A DNA stretch of 64,000 nt. Source: Dictyostelium discoideum (Eukaryota). The stretch lies in contig CM000155.2 of the NCBI GenBank assembly GCA_000004695.1, forward strand, positions 1,792,001 through 1,856,000, in the 5' to 3' direction. The notes under the pieces are model-generated. The model saw nothing but the letters and a program-made list of their open reading frames with translations. It was not told where the DNA came from and did not search any database. The translations under genes were made by a program, and so were the position numbers. Shown here one piece after another: positions 27,608 through 41,712 of the stretch (the stretch's first letter is position 1; every line of letters starts with the position of its first letter).

Positions 27608-28776
27608 TTATCTTGGTAAATCATTTAAAGCAACAGCATTTACAGCTTTAATATGACCAGAATAAGTTTTAACAGCATCACCTTGATGAAGATCCCAGAG
27701 TCTTGATAAATGATCACTTGATCCAGTTACTAAATAAGCTGAATCATTTGAGAAAGCACAATCCCAAACCCATCTTTGATGACCATTCAAGGTTTGAACT
27801 ACATTGAATTTCTTTGTATTCCAAATTTTAACGGTATGATCAGCTGAACAAGTTGCCAATAACTTTGTGTCTGGACTAAACAATGTCTTTAGGATTGGTG
27901 CATTGTGTGCTTCAATCTTTTGTAATGGTTCAAATCTTGATGTATCATCTTCACCCAATCTCCAAACAAAACATTTTCCTTTAGTATTTGATGCAACCAC
28001 TAAACCACCATCACTTGATATGGTCAATGATGTTATACCAACTTCACCATCTGGTACTAATTCTCTACTACATGTATTTGATATTAAATCCCAAACTCTA
28101 ATTGACCCATTTTGATCACCTGATATTAATTCTGCTTGATTTGGATGTAAAACTACTGTATTAACTGGTGCACTACATTCATAATCTCTTTGACATCCTG
28201 GTGCTCTAAAATTAAAAAAATAATAATTAATATCATCACCATCATTATTATTAATTATCACCATTATCAATATATATATAATATATATAATTCTTACTTT
28301 AAATCCCAAATTTTAACAGTTCCATCTTCTGAACCAGTATACATCCATTTACCTTCTTTTTGGAAACCAACACCAGTTACATTACCTTTATGACCATCAA
28401 AACTCATTGCTGGTGAATTATTATTTGTATTGACTTCAAACAATCTTGTTTGTGGGTTACCTGCTGCTGCTATATAAAGTTTATCATGTGTAATCTCTAA
28501 TCTATTTATATGCTTTTTTTTTTTTTTTTTTTGAAAATAAAAAAATAAAAAAAGAGAAAATTATTTATTAATTATTACTAATTTTTTTATTTCTATTTAT
28601 ATACATATCCTTAGTTTATTATTAATTATTATTATTATTATTATTATTATTTGTTTTTTGATATATGTACTTACAAATTCACCACAATCAATTGATCTAT
28701 AACATCCACCACTGGGTGGGTCCCAAAATTTAATTGTGTGATCATAAGATGCTGTTGCCAATATAATACCTGGCAT
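27608..28776 (-). CDS. lst8: LST8 (TOR complex subunit, WD40 repeat protein)
   Basis: Three exons: join(28675..28776, 28298..28512, 27608..28205), for 304 aa. Exon 1 encodes [34 protein letters not shown], then a GTAAGT donor. Exon 2 encodes [72 protein letters not shown], then a GTAAGA donor. Exon 3 encodes [40 protein letters not shown]...[51 protein letters not shown]. It is collinear with human MLST8. Confidence 0.9.
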
Positions 28777-28855
28777 TGTTATAATTTATGTGTATCTTAA
28801 TAAATTAAATAAAAAAAATAAAAAAAAAAGGTGAAAAAAATTTTTATTAATTTTG

Positions 28856-28889
<34 letters not shown>

Positions 28890-29001
28890 TTTTTTTTTTT
28901 GATTATTTTAATTTTAATTTTAATTTTAGTATTGTTAATTTGGTAAAGTTACAAAAAATTAAATTAAGGATCCTTAATTAAGGATTAAATCGGAAGGATT
29001 T

Positions 29002-29056
<55 letters not shown>

Positions 29057-29452
29057 TAGTATAATAAAATAAAATCACCTTTTTAAACAAAAAAAAATTA
29101 TAATAATAAAAACAAGAAAAAATAAAAATTAATTTATTATATTAAAAAAAAAAGGACCTAATTAGAAAAAAGAAAAAAAAAATTTTTTAAAAAAAACCAA
29201 AAATGGTCATATGCATTATTAAAACTGGATTTTGAAACAGGTGCCTTTTAACTGAAATTCGTAAAAAAAAAAATTTATATTTTATTTTTTTTTTTTTTTA
29301 AAAAATTTTTTTTTTTTTTTTTTTTTATTTTTTTTTTTTTTTTAATTTTTTTTTTTTTTTAATTTTTTATTTTTTTTTTTGATCAACGAGTTTTTTTTTT
29401 CATATAATATATTGTGCACTCATTAGAGACATATAAGAAAAAACAGATCAAA

Positions 29453-30974
29453 ATGTTTTCTCAAAAATTGCTTGCAAATGTAATGATCATTAAATAGAAT
29501 AGTTTTTATAGTAACATTTATAAAAATAAACAATAATAAATATATTTTAATAAAATAATAGAAATAAAATATAAAAATTAATAATAATAAAAATAATATG
29601 ACACACAATGAACAAACACACACACGAATAAATATGAAAAAAAAAAAAAATAAAAAAAAATAAAAAAAAATAAAAAATAAAATTTTCAATTTCATAGTAA
29701 ATTAATTTACTAAATATCTTAAAACAACATTGGTTGTTATCAATCATTGTAGTAATAATAATAATTCTTTTATTTAAAAACAGAAAAAAATTAAAAAAAT
29801 TAAAAAATAAAAAAAAAATAATAAAAGCCAATGCAACAATAAGAATTTACTAGTACCAAAAAAATAATAATAAAAATAACAATAGTATCTTTAAAAATAA
29901 AAATAATAATTAATAGTTTCATAGTTTTCATTTTAAACACTGAAACTCATTTCCACCACACAAAAAAAAAAAAAATAAAAAAAAAAAAATTTTAAAAAAA
30001 ATTTTTTAAAAAAAAAAAAAAAATCAATTATTAACATGTTTTTTTTTTTATATTATTATATTTTAGGGTAAATTATTAAGTAAATTAGCAATTGTTAGTG
30101 GTGTTGTAGGTACAGCAACAGCAATTACTACATCAACAACTCTTTTATCAGATGATTTTGTTCAACCAACCTCATACCCATGGGAACATCGTTTCCCATG
30201 GCAATCATATGATCACGCAGCAATTCGTCGTGGTCATCAAGTTTACACTCAAGTCTGTAGCACATGTCACAGTTTAAATTTAATTTCTTATCGTCATTTA
30301 GCAAATGTTGCATATACCCCAGAGGAATTGAAAGCAATGGCTGCTGATACCACCGTTATGGATGGTCCAGATTCTGAAGGTGATATGTTTGAACGTAAAG
30401 GTCAAGTCACCGATTTCCATCCAAAACCATACCCAAATTCAAACGCAGCTCGTTTCGCAAACAATGGTGCCCTCCCACCAGATCTTTCATTAGTTATTAA
30501 AGCCCGTGGTGCCCATGAGGATTATGTATTCTCATTATTAACTGGTTATTGTGAACCACCAGCTGGTGTACGTGTTGTTGGTGGTCAATACTTTAATCCG
30601 TAAGTAGTAGTAAAAAAAAAAAAAACAAAAAAAACAAACAAAATTTATAAACTTTTTTTTTTTTTTTTTACTAATATAATTATTTATTTATTATTATTTA
30701 TTATAGATACTTCCCAGGTACTAAAATTGCTATGGCCCCACCACTTGCTGATGGTATGGTCGAATATGATGATGGTACTGATAACTCGATGTCACAAATG
30801 GCAAAGGATGTTTCCACTTTCCTTTGTTGGGCATCTGAACCAGAACATGACGATAGAAAGAAATTAGGTATGAAAGTTCTCCTTGGTGTTTCCATCATTG
30901 CTCTCCCACTTTTCTACTGGAAGAGATTAAAATGGAGTGTTATCAAAACAAGAAAGATTTCATTCAAAGATTAA
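29453..30974 (+). CDS. cytochrome c1, heme protein (complex III subunit)
   Basis: Confident exons: 30067..30599 and 30707..30974. The first starts after tttAG and encodes ...[35 protein letters not shown], which includes the CxxCH heme motif, then ...GGQYFNP with a cc|GTAAGT donor. The second starts after ttatAG and encodes [24 protein letters not shown]...[28 protein letters not shown], the C-terminal TM anchor. The start codon must lie upstream. The proposed exon 1 (29453..29479, MFSQKLLAN|GTAATG) is an inference (see findings). Confidence 0.8.
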
Positions 30975-30990
30975 AATTTTTCATAATACC

Positions 30991-31024
<34 letters not shown>

Positions 31025-31382
31025 TCAATATAATAATAATAATAATAATAATCATTTTTCACAAATTAAAACGTGTATACAATAACATCATTTTCATATA
31101 ATGATGAAATAAATAAAAAAAAATAAAAAAAAAACAACAAAAATAATAATTTTAAAAATATAAAAAAAAAAAAAAAAAAAACTAAGAGAATATATAATAT
31201 AATTTGAAAATGAATGAGGGTCTGATATTTTAAAGCCAAAATACATTGTGTTCTTGTGTTTTTTTTTATTTTCTTTTTTTTTTTATTTAATTCTTCGGTA
31301 TTAGATATCGTTTGTTATTATTTTTAAAAAAAGTTATTTTTAGTTTATTATTATTGTTATTTTATTTTTTTATTTTTTTTTT

Positions 31383-31970
31383 TTAGAAATTAGCACCTTC
31401 TGGTGGTTGAACTAACTTTTTATTTGAGGAAGAGCTCATTTCACGTCTAAGTTCTGATAAAATATTTTGAATTCTATTTTTTGAGGTCCAATTTGATAAG
31501 ATTGGTAAATTTTTTGGATCTACAACTCCATTTTGTTGATTAACGCAACCAATATTGATTTTAGTTGTGAATCTAACTGTTGGTGGTTTATTTGGATAAT
31601 CTTTATCACAATAAAGTTTTAAACTATAAAATCTATTATCAAATGGTGTCTAATTTTATGAAAATAATAAAGTAAATAGTTAGTAAATATGAAAAAAAAA
31701 AGAGAAAAAAAAAAGAAAAAAAAATGATGGGAAAAAAAAAAAAAAAAAAAAAGTAGTGGTTTTTCTGTGTGTGATTTATGATAGTTTAAAAAAAAAAAAA
31801 AAAAAAGAGATGGGTCTTACATTTTGTGGTCCAATAATGGTACCAATCCAAGAACTTAATAAAATATCATCTGGACTTTCTAAACCATAACTAATGGTAC
31901 CATCACCTGTTGATTTTTCACCTGATTCTAATTCTTCTAATAAAACAAAATTACGTGGTATTGTTGTCAT
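31383..31970 (-). CDS. ubiquitin-conjugating enzyme E2 variant (UEV/MMS2 family)
   Basis: Two exons: join(31821..31970, 31383..31649), for 138 aa. Exon 1 encodes [50 protein letters not shown], then aat|GTAAGA. Exon 2 (acceptor ttAG) encodes [71 protein letters not shown]...QPPEGANF. It matches MMS2/UEV1 closely. Confidence 0.9.
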
Positions 31971-32243
31971 TTTTTTTGAAATCTATATTATTGTTATTAT
32001 TATTATTATTATTGTTATTATTATTATTATTATTATTATGTTATATATTATTATATTAAAGGTCGTTGAGTATTTTCTTTTATTTAAAAAAAAAAAAAAG
32101 AAAAAAGGAATATATATATATATTAAAATATAACAAAAATTGAAGTTTTTTTTTTTTTATTTAAATAAATAAAGGTATTATTGTTTTTAATTTACACAAG
32201 CTTTTTATAAATTTCAAAAAAAAAAAAAATTAAAATTTTTTTT

Positions 32244-32279
<36 letters not shown>

Positions 32280-32623
32280 AAAAATTAAAAAAAAAATATA
32301 AAAAAAAAAAAAAAAAAAAGATTTTTGATCAAAATAATAATAATATAATATGAATCATTTTATTTTCAAATCCAAATCCATTTTTAGGATTTGCTTTTTT
32401 ATTTTTTCTTTTAAACTTTTTTTTTTTTTTTTAAAGCCTTTTTTAAATTTTTTTTTTTTTTTTAAAAAAAGGATAAATATTATTATATTATTTATCCTTT
32501 TTTAAATTTTTTTTTTTTTTTTTTGGTATTTATTTGGGTTTGTATCAGTTTGGGAATGTAAAAAATAAAAAAATATTCTTTTAAATTTCTTTGTTTCCCA
32601 ATTAAAAAAATAATAATAATAAT

Positions 32624-32671
<48 letters not shown>

Positions 32672-32967
32672 GAATCTATTATAAATTATATCACCTGCAT
32701 CATGTTCCCTGAAATAGATAAAAATTCAATTATTCCCAAATTAAAAAAATTTATGCTAGTGGGGTTTTGAAATAAATAATATTATTATAAATTAAAATAT
32801 ATGGAGAATTTGAAAAAACAAAAGAAATAGATATGATTCATTGGTACTAAAAAAATTGATAAAATTATACTTTATTTAAGAAAATGAAAAATATTCAAAT
32901 GTTCCAATTAAAGATGAACATATAGTTGTGGTAATAAAAAAAAAAAAAAAAAAAAAGTCTACTAATT

Positions 32968-33007
<40 letters not shown>

Positions 33008-33369
33008 CAAAACCCCATTTGCATAAAATTTAAATCCGTAAAAAAAAAAAAAAAAGAAGTTATATATTTTAAAACAACGAAATTGAAAAGGAAATTAATA
33101 ATTTATTAATTAACCAAAAAAATTAAGTTATATTGGTTATATTATTTTTTAATTTATTTTAAAAAAAAAATTAATTTATAAAATCTAAAATTCTCAAAGT
33201 ATGATTCATTTTACAATTTGCGAACAATAAATTACATATGATAACTTTAAAAACTATAAATAGTCTAAATGAAAACAAAAAAAAAATAATAAAAATAAAA
33301 ATAAAAAACAATTTGTTTAATTAACTATTATAAATTTAATACTTTAAAACTATAAATATTATTTCAAAA

Positions 33370-33426
33370 ATGACAATTATCAGTAAGTAAAATAAATTAA
33401 AAACCATAATATTAGTTAAAATCAAC

Positions 33427-33458
<32 letters not shown>

Positions 33459-33662
33459 TTTAAAAAAATAGACTCAATTTCTTCATTAGGAAAAATCTCA
33501 AATAAAAACAAAAGCCAAGCTAATTTAAATAGCAATTCAACTAATTCTCCAAATAATGTTCAAGGATTAAATCAAAACACAGGATTAGTTAGTAGTTTAT
33601 TAGAATTAGTTCGTGGAGTTACTTTTGCGCTTGGTCTTGCAGTTGAGTCTGTAGGATTGTAA
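33370..33662 (+). CDS. small spliced gene, 67-aa Ser/Asn-rich protein with a hydrophobic C-terminus; absent from the ORF track
   Basis: Proposed structure: join(33370..33382, 33472..33662). ATG ACA ATT ATC A is followed by a GTAAGT donor, then an 89-nt AT-rich intron with a 30-nt T-run, then aaaatAG. The product is [68 protein letters not shown] tiny first exon followed by an intron is typical Dictyostelium architecture. The N-terminus resembles the small hssA/2C/7E-type developmental proteins, but that resemblance is a weak recollection only. Confidence 0.5.
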
Positions 33663-34024
33663 AAAGAATTTTAAATAAATTAATATTCTTTGTATTTTTT
33701 TTTAAAAATCAAAAAAAAGTTTTATTTCTTTTTTTTTAAAAAAAAAAAAAAAGTGTCAGATTTGAATGTTTTTATCATATTAATATAAACCTAAAAAAAA
33801 TGGTTTTGGAAACAACATAATATAATTTTTTTGGAAAATAATTTCGAATCTTTCATGTTTTATTTTTTTTTTATTTTTTTTTTTTTTTTATTTTTTTTGT
33901 TTTTTTGTAAAAGATATGATGCCAAAATGTGAATAGAAGTTCATGATTTTAAAATTTTATTTAAATTTAATTTTTATTTTATTTTTTTTTTTTGTAAAAA
34001 ATTTTTTTTTTCAAAAACATTTCA

Positions 34025-34061
<37 letters not shown>

Positions 34062-34094
34062 ATTTAAAATAAAAACATATTACATACAAATAAA

Positions 34095-35141
34095 ATGAAT
34101 AAAATTTTAACTCGTAGTTTTAGTACTGGTGCAAATTTCTTTGCCTCTGGTAAAGGTAAAGCACCAGTTAGAGTTGCCATTACTGGTGCCAGTGGTCAAA
34201 TTGGTTATCAATTATTATTCAGAATTGCCAGTGGTGATATGTTAGGTAAAGATCAACCAATCATTCTCCAATGTTTAGAATTACCAGGTGCAATGAACTC
34301 ATTAAAAGGTGTTTCAATGGAATTGGATGATTGTGCATTCCCATTGCTCAAAGGTATTGTTCAAAGTGATAAACCAGAGGAAGCATTCGCTGGTGCAGAC
34401 TATGCATTATTAGTTGGTGCTCGTCCAAGAAGCAAGGGTATGGAGCGTGGTGACCTTTTAAAAGCAAATGCTGAAATTTTCTCTGTTCAAGGTAAAGCAT
34501 TAGACAAAAGTGCTAATCGTGACACTTTAAGAGTTTTAGTTGTAGGTAACCCAGCCAATACCAACGCATTAATTGCCGCCCGTAATGCACCAAATATTGA
34601 CCCAAAACGTTTCTCTGCCATGACTCGTTTAGATCACAACAGAGGTTTAGCTCAATTAGCCGATAAAACTGGTTCAGCCGTAACTGATATTGAAAAATTC
34701 TGCATTTGGGGTAACCACTCTGCCACCCAATACCCAGATATTAACTTTGGTACCGTCAAAGGTAAATCACTCGTAGATACCATCAACGATCAAAAATGGG
34801 TTAAAGATAACTTTATTCCAACCGTTCAACAAAGAGGTGCCGCTATTATTGCTGCCCGTGGTTTATCATCAGCTGCCTCTGCTGCTTCAGCTGCCATCGA
34901 TCACATGAGAGATTGGACCTATGGTACCAATGGTCAATGGACCTCTATGGCCATTTACTCTGAAGGTGAATATGGTGCCGATAAAGGTCTCTACTTCTCT
35001 TTCCCAGTCATTGTAGATAACAAAGGTAAATACGAAATCGTTAAAGGTCTTAAACTTGATCAATTCTCTCAAGAACGTTTCGATGCTACTCGTAAAGAAT
35101 TATTATCAGAAATGGATGGTGTTAAAGAATTATTACCATAA
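34095..35141 (+). CDS. malate dehydrogenase (NAD, LDH/MDH type 2) with N-terminal extension
   Basis: A 348-aa single exon. It carries the [11 protein letters not shown] Rossmann motif, [43 protein letters not shown] and the catalytic His in GNHS. The N-terminal [19 protein letters not shown] looks like a mitochondrial or other targeting presequence. Confidence 0.95.
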   Translation: MNKILTRSFSTGANFFASGKGKAPVRVAITGASGQIGYQLLFRIASGDMLGKDQPIILQCLELPGAMNSLKGVSMELDDCAFPLLKGIVQSDKPEEAFAGADYALLVGARPRSKGMERGDLLKANAEIFSVQGKALDKSANRDTLRVLVVGNPANTNALIAARNAPNIDPKRFSAMTRLDHNRGLAQLADKTGSAVTDIEKFCIWGNHSATQYPDINFGTVKGKSLVDTINDQKWVKDNFIPTVQQRGAAIIAARGLSSAASAASAAIDHMRDWTYGTNGQWTSMAIYSEGEYGADKGLYFSFPVIVDNKGKYEIVKGLKLDQFSQERFDATRKELLSEMDGVKELLP

Positions 35142-35271
35142 ATTAAATTTTAAAAATAAAAATAATAAATTTTTTTTAAAAAAAAAAAAAAATAAAAAAA
35201 AAAAATAAAATAAAATATTTTATTATTATTATTATAATAATATCATTATTTATTTATTTATTTTATTTTAT

Positions 35272-36150
35272 TTATTCCATAATCCAACCATGACTAACTA
35301 ATAATGATTGACCAGTTAAACATTTATTTGGAATTGAAGAAAAGTTAACAGCAACTTCAGCAACATCTTCAACTGTTGTGAATTCACCATCAACAGTTTC
35401 TTTTAAAAGGATATTTTTAGTGACTTGTTCTTCAGTGATATTGAATTTCTTTGCTAAATCTGGAATTTGATTTTTAACCAATGGAGTAAGTACGAAACCT
35501 GGACAAATTAAATTTGCACGAATGTTATGTTTTGCACCTTCACGAGCGACACCACGACATAAACCTTCCAAACCATGTTTGGCAGTTACATATGGTATTT
35601 TGTATTCTGATGCATATTTACTATGAACACTACCCATATATAGAATTGTACCACCACGTTTAATATCCTTTTTAAATTCTTGCATTGCATATTTTGTACA
35701 TAAGAAAGCGCCATCTAAATGAACGGCCATCATTTTTCTCCAAGTTGCCAATTCAACGGTTTCTAATGTTTCAATATGTTGTAAACCTGCATTCGACACA
35801 ATCACATCCAATCCACCAAATCTTTCAACTGTGTCTTTAATACCCTTTGAAACTTGTTCCTCATTTGATACATCACATTCAACAGAAATCGTTGATCCTG
35901 GAAAACGTTGATTTAATTCTTTTGATGCATTATCAGCTTTGGTTTTATCTAAATCTACAATTGCAACTTTACCACCTTCTTTAACAAATCTTTCAACAAT
36001 TCCTAAACCAATACCTGATGCTCCACCTGTTACAAAACAAACTTTTTTTTCCATTCTACCATTTTGATTTGTACTATAATATCTAATGGTTGATTGAATA
36101 AATTGTTTATTATTTGTATTATTTGTTAATTTTTTAATTAAAAAATTCAT
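35272..36150 (-). CDS. short-chain dehydrogenase/reductase, bacterial-type D-3-hydroxybutyrate dehydrogenase-like, with a putative mitochondrial presequence
   Basis: A 292-aa single exon containing TGGASGIGLGI, NAGLQH, the YVTAKHG catalytic Y-x3-K, and ICPGFVLTPLV. Similarity is highest to bacterial BDH, as far as I can recall those sequences. The N-terminal roughly 35 aa are basic and hydroxylated (MNFLIKKLTNNTNNKQFIQSTIRYYSTNQNGR). Confidence 0.8.
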   Translation of the reverse strand: MNFLIKKLTNNTNNKQFIQSTIRYYSTNQNGRMEKKVCFVTGGASGIGLGIVERFVKEGGKVAIVDLDKTKADNASKELNQRFPGSTISVECDVSNEEQVSKGIKDTVERFGGLDVIVSNAGLQHIETLETVELATWRKMMAVHLDGAFLCTKYAMQEFKKDIKRGGTILYMGSVHSKYASEYKIPYVTAKHGLEGLCRGVAREGAKHNIRANLICPGFVLTPLVKNQIPDLAKKFNITEEQVTKNILLKETVDGEFTTVEDVAEVAVNFSSIPNKCLTGQSLLVSHGWIME

Positions 36151-36924
36151 TTTATTATTATTATTATTATAAAAAAAAAAAAATAAAAAAAAAAAAAAAA
36201 GGAAAGTTGGTGATGAATTAAAAAAAAAAAAAAAAAATTAGAAATTAAAAAAATTAGAAAAAAAAAAAATAAAAAAAAAAAATAAAAAACGATTATTTAT
36301 TATGTCAACATATCGTGATATTTTAATTTCCTTCACTTATAACGATTAAAAAAAAAAAAAAAATTAAAAAATAAAAAAATATTCAAAAAAATTTACTATT
36401 CATTATCTAAATAAAAAAGACTTTTTTCTATTTTTTTTTTTTTCTATTTTTTTTTTTTAAAATAAAGATTTTTTAAAGATAAATAAATTTATTTTTATTA
36501 TTATTGAAAAATAAAATAAAAAAAAAAAACAATTATTTTATTTTTTTATTTTTTTTTCTTTTATTTTTTTTTTTTTTTTTGGTAAAAAGAATAAATAATT
36601 TGATTGTCGAAATGTGAAAATATATTTGTTGGGAAATTTGATTTTTTTTTATTTTATTTTATTTTTATTTTTATTTCACTTTTTTTTTAAAAAACTTTTT
36701 TTTCATTTTTCATTTTTTTTTTTTTTTTTTTTTTTTTTTTCGTTTTCATTGTTGTTTTTTTCTAATATTAATCAAAAATTTAAATTTTTTGTAACGAAAC
36801 AAACTTGTACATAATATAATAATATAAAAATAATAAATAATAAATAAAATAATAATAATAATATAGTAATAAATAAAACTACTAATAATAATAGTAATAA
36901 TAATAATAATAATAATACACAAAA

Positions 36925-37448
36925 ATGAAAATGCAAAGATTTTATAAATTTTTAAATATTGAAAAACCAATGAACCATTCAGAGTTATTGAAAGCATTTT
37001 CAATGCAAAAGATTTATTTACATGATGCTAAGAAAGTCACTATTCTCACATCAAAAAAAGGTGGTGGTTTATCAGCACCTAGAATTTTCAAATATAAATT
37101 CTTAGAACCAATCATATTTTGGAATAAGGACGTTCACTTTGAATATCAAAAAAAATTTGATACTGAACCACGTGTTTTAGTTGAAAATCGTAATCAATCA
37201 TATTTTTAAAAATAATAATAAATAATAAATAATAAATAATATTATGAATTTTATTATAAATAATGATATTAACCAATTTTATTTTTTATTTTTTATTTTT
37301 ATTTTCTTTTTTTTAAAAAAAAAACTATACTATAGTTAATGGAAGTGAACACACCATTCCAATCAATTCAAAAAATGCCGATCAAATTTTAGAAGAAATT
37401 TTAAGAGCTACAAATGGAAAAAGAGTCGATGTTAACATTCCAATTTAA
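36925..37448 (+). CDS. L51_S25_CI-B8 fold protein (NDUFA2 complex I B8 subunit / mitochondrial ribosomal L43-like)
   Basis: Two exons: join(36925..37189, 37336..37448), for 125 aa. The donor is c|GTAATC and the acceptor is ctatAG. Exon 2 encodes NGSEHTIPINSKNADQILEEILRATNGKRVDVNIPI, which matches the NDUFA2 C-terminus [24 protein letters not shown]. Assignment to NDUFA2 versus MRPL43 is uncertain. Confidence 0.6.
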
Positions 37449-37653
37449 TTTAAAAAAATAAATAAAAAAAATAAATAGATATTTAAAAATAGATTTTTTT
37501 TTATTTTTTATTAATTATTTATTATTATTTTTATTCATTTCCAATATTTTTTTTTTTTTTTTTGAAAAATTGAAAATATTAAAATTTGATTATATAATTT
37601 TTTTCATTTATTCAAAAAATTATTATTATTATTACTATTATCAACTCACTCCG

Positions 37654-37692
<39 letters not shown>

Positions 37693-37783
37693 GGTTATGG
37701 AAGCGTTTTTCGATTACTGATTTCTGTGACATATTCAAACCAGTGCAAAAATATACTAGCCAAAAATTTAATTTAATTTTTGG

Positions 37784-37821
<38 letters not shown>

Positions 37822-38393
37822 AAATAAAAAAAAAAATAAAGATTGGTTATAGTGGCGGTGGTGACAGTTGTTGGGATATCTTTTATAACCAACTTTTTTT
37901 TTTAATATTTTTTTTTTTTAATTTTTTTTTTTTAATATTTTTTTTTTTTTTTAGCTCCGAAACACCTGAGTAGTGCACTCCAAAAACAAAATAAAAAAAA
38001 AAAATATTTAAAAAAAAAAAAAACATCATATAAATACTGAAAATAATAAAAATAATAAATAAATTTTAAAAAAAAAAATAATAATAAAAAAAATAAAAAA
38101 AAGAATAAAAAAAAGTTATTTTAAATAATTAAACAAATTTTTTTTTAATTTTTTTAAAAAAAAAAAACTCAAAAATCGAACCCTACAAATCTTAATCTTA
38201 TTTCTAAAAATAAAATTTTTTAACAATAAATATAAAAAAAAAAAAAATAAAAACAATTTAAAATTAAAAGGTATAAAAGTAATAATAATGTGAATTAAAC
38301 TTTCTATTTTAAATTAAAAGATAGATATATTTTTTTTTTTTTTTTTCTTTACAGGGTCTCTTTCATATTCGCCACCACTTCTTTTTTTTCCCA

Positions 38394-38431
<38 letters not shown>

Positions 38432-38848
38432 CATTTAAAACAATTTGTAATATATATTAAATATTAAAGATAAATATTTTCTTTCTTTTTTTTTTATTAT
38501 AAATATATTTATATAATTCATTAAAAACTAGTTTCAACATTAAATCAATATTAAAAGAAATCTATTTTATAATATTATTTTTTTCAATTATTTATTTATT
38601 TATTTATTTTCAAATTTAATTTCCCCACCCCCTCACACCACATTTTTTTCCTATAATATTATTTTTACAAATATTTTTTATTAAATATTATTAAGTATAC
38701 TTTTGATTTGTTGCCACCTTAATCAAACTGTTTTTTTTTTTTTTTTTTATTTTTTTGTTTTTTGTTTTATTTTTTTAAACAAATATATTCACCACGCCTT
38801 TCAATACATTCCCAATTACTCACACCAATATTATATTTTAAAAATAAA

Positions 38849-38892
<44 letters not shown>

Positions 38893-38984
38893 ATTAATTT
38901 AAAATTCAGTATTTAAAAATTATAATAATATTAAAAATCATAAACAAATAAAATATTTGTAATAAAATAATAATATATTAAAAA

Positions 38985-41081
<2,097 letters not shown>

Positions 41082-41116
41082 TTTAATTATATTAAAAAAA
41101 AAAACACAAATCCAAT

Positions 41117-41157
<41 letters not shown>

Positions 41158-41376
41158 AAATATAAAAAAAGATTAAAAAATTAAATAATAAAAAGGTAAA
41201 TTAAAAAATATTTTTTTAAAAAACTAACAATTCATATTATAAAAATAAATTTTTAATTATTTATTTATTAAATGTAAAAGAAATCATAAATTAAATAAAT
41301 TTATATTTTTTTTCAAGTTGATTATTTTACAATGTATATAATTTTTTTACATTTTTGGTGAAATTTCATCAAAAAT

Positions 41377-41449
41377 GCCTGGATGGCTCAGTAGGCAGAG
41401 CGAGCGGCTGTTAACCGCTAGGTCCATGGTTCGATCCCATGTCTAGGCG
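41377..41449 (+). tRNA. tRNA-Asn (anticodon GUU)
   Basis: GCCTGGATGGCTCAGTAGGCAGAGCGAGCGGCTGTTAACCGCTAGGTCCATGGTTCGATCCCATGTCTAGGCG. Acceptor GCCTGGA/TCTAGGC with one GU pair, anticodon loop CTGTTAA, T-arm CATGGTTCGATCCCATG. Confidence 0.9.
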
Positions 41450-41712
41450 ATACTTTTTTATTTTCAATATCATTTTTTTTTTTATCTTAAAAATGGATTC
41501 TCTACATCGAGACCTTTCAAAATATCAAAAATTCATCAGAATTGGCCAACGTTGAAAAAAGTTAATGCCTTTTTTTTATAATAATTAATTGATTGGTTAA
41601 AAAAAAAAAAAAAGAAATTTTTTTTTTTATTTTCACCATTTCAAAAAAAAAAAAATAAAAAACATATTGGTCTAGATTCAGTGAAATTGTTAAATTAAAA
41701 TATAAAAATAAA

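Noticed and set aside
30046-30066. ATG at 30046 (aacATGttttttttttt...tttAG) as the cytochrome c1 start via a micro-exon
   Set aside because: No combination of the GT at 30047 with the AG at 30065 yields an in-frame junction. The alternatives give ATG GTA AAT TAT TAA or a stop.
38389-38396. DUSE-like motif TCCCACAA, the Dictyostelium ncRNA upstream element
   Set aside because: The expected gene body about 60 nt downstream is pure poly-A followed by AT-rich sequence with no RNA-like island. It is probably a chance 8-mer.
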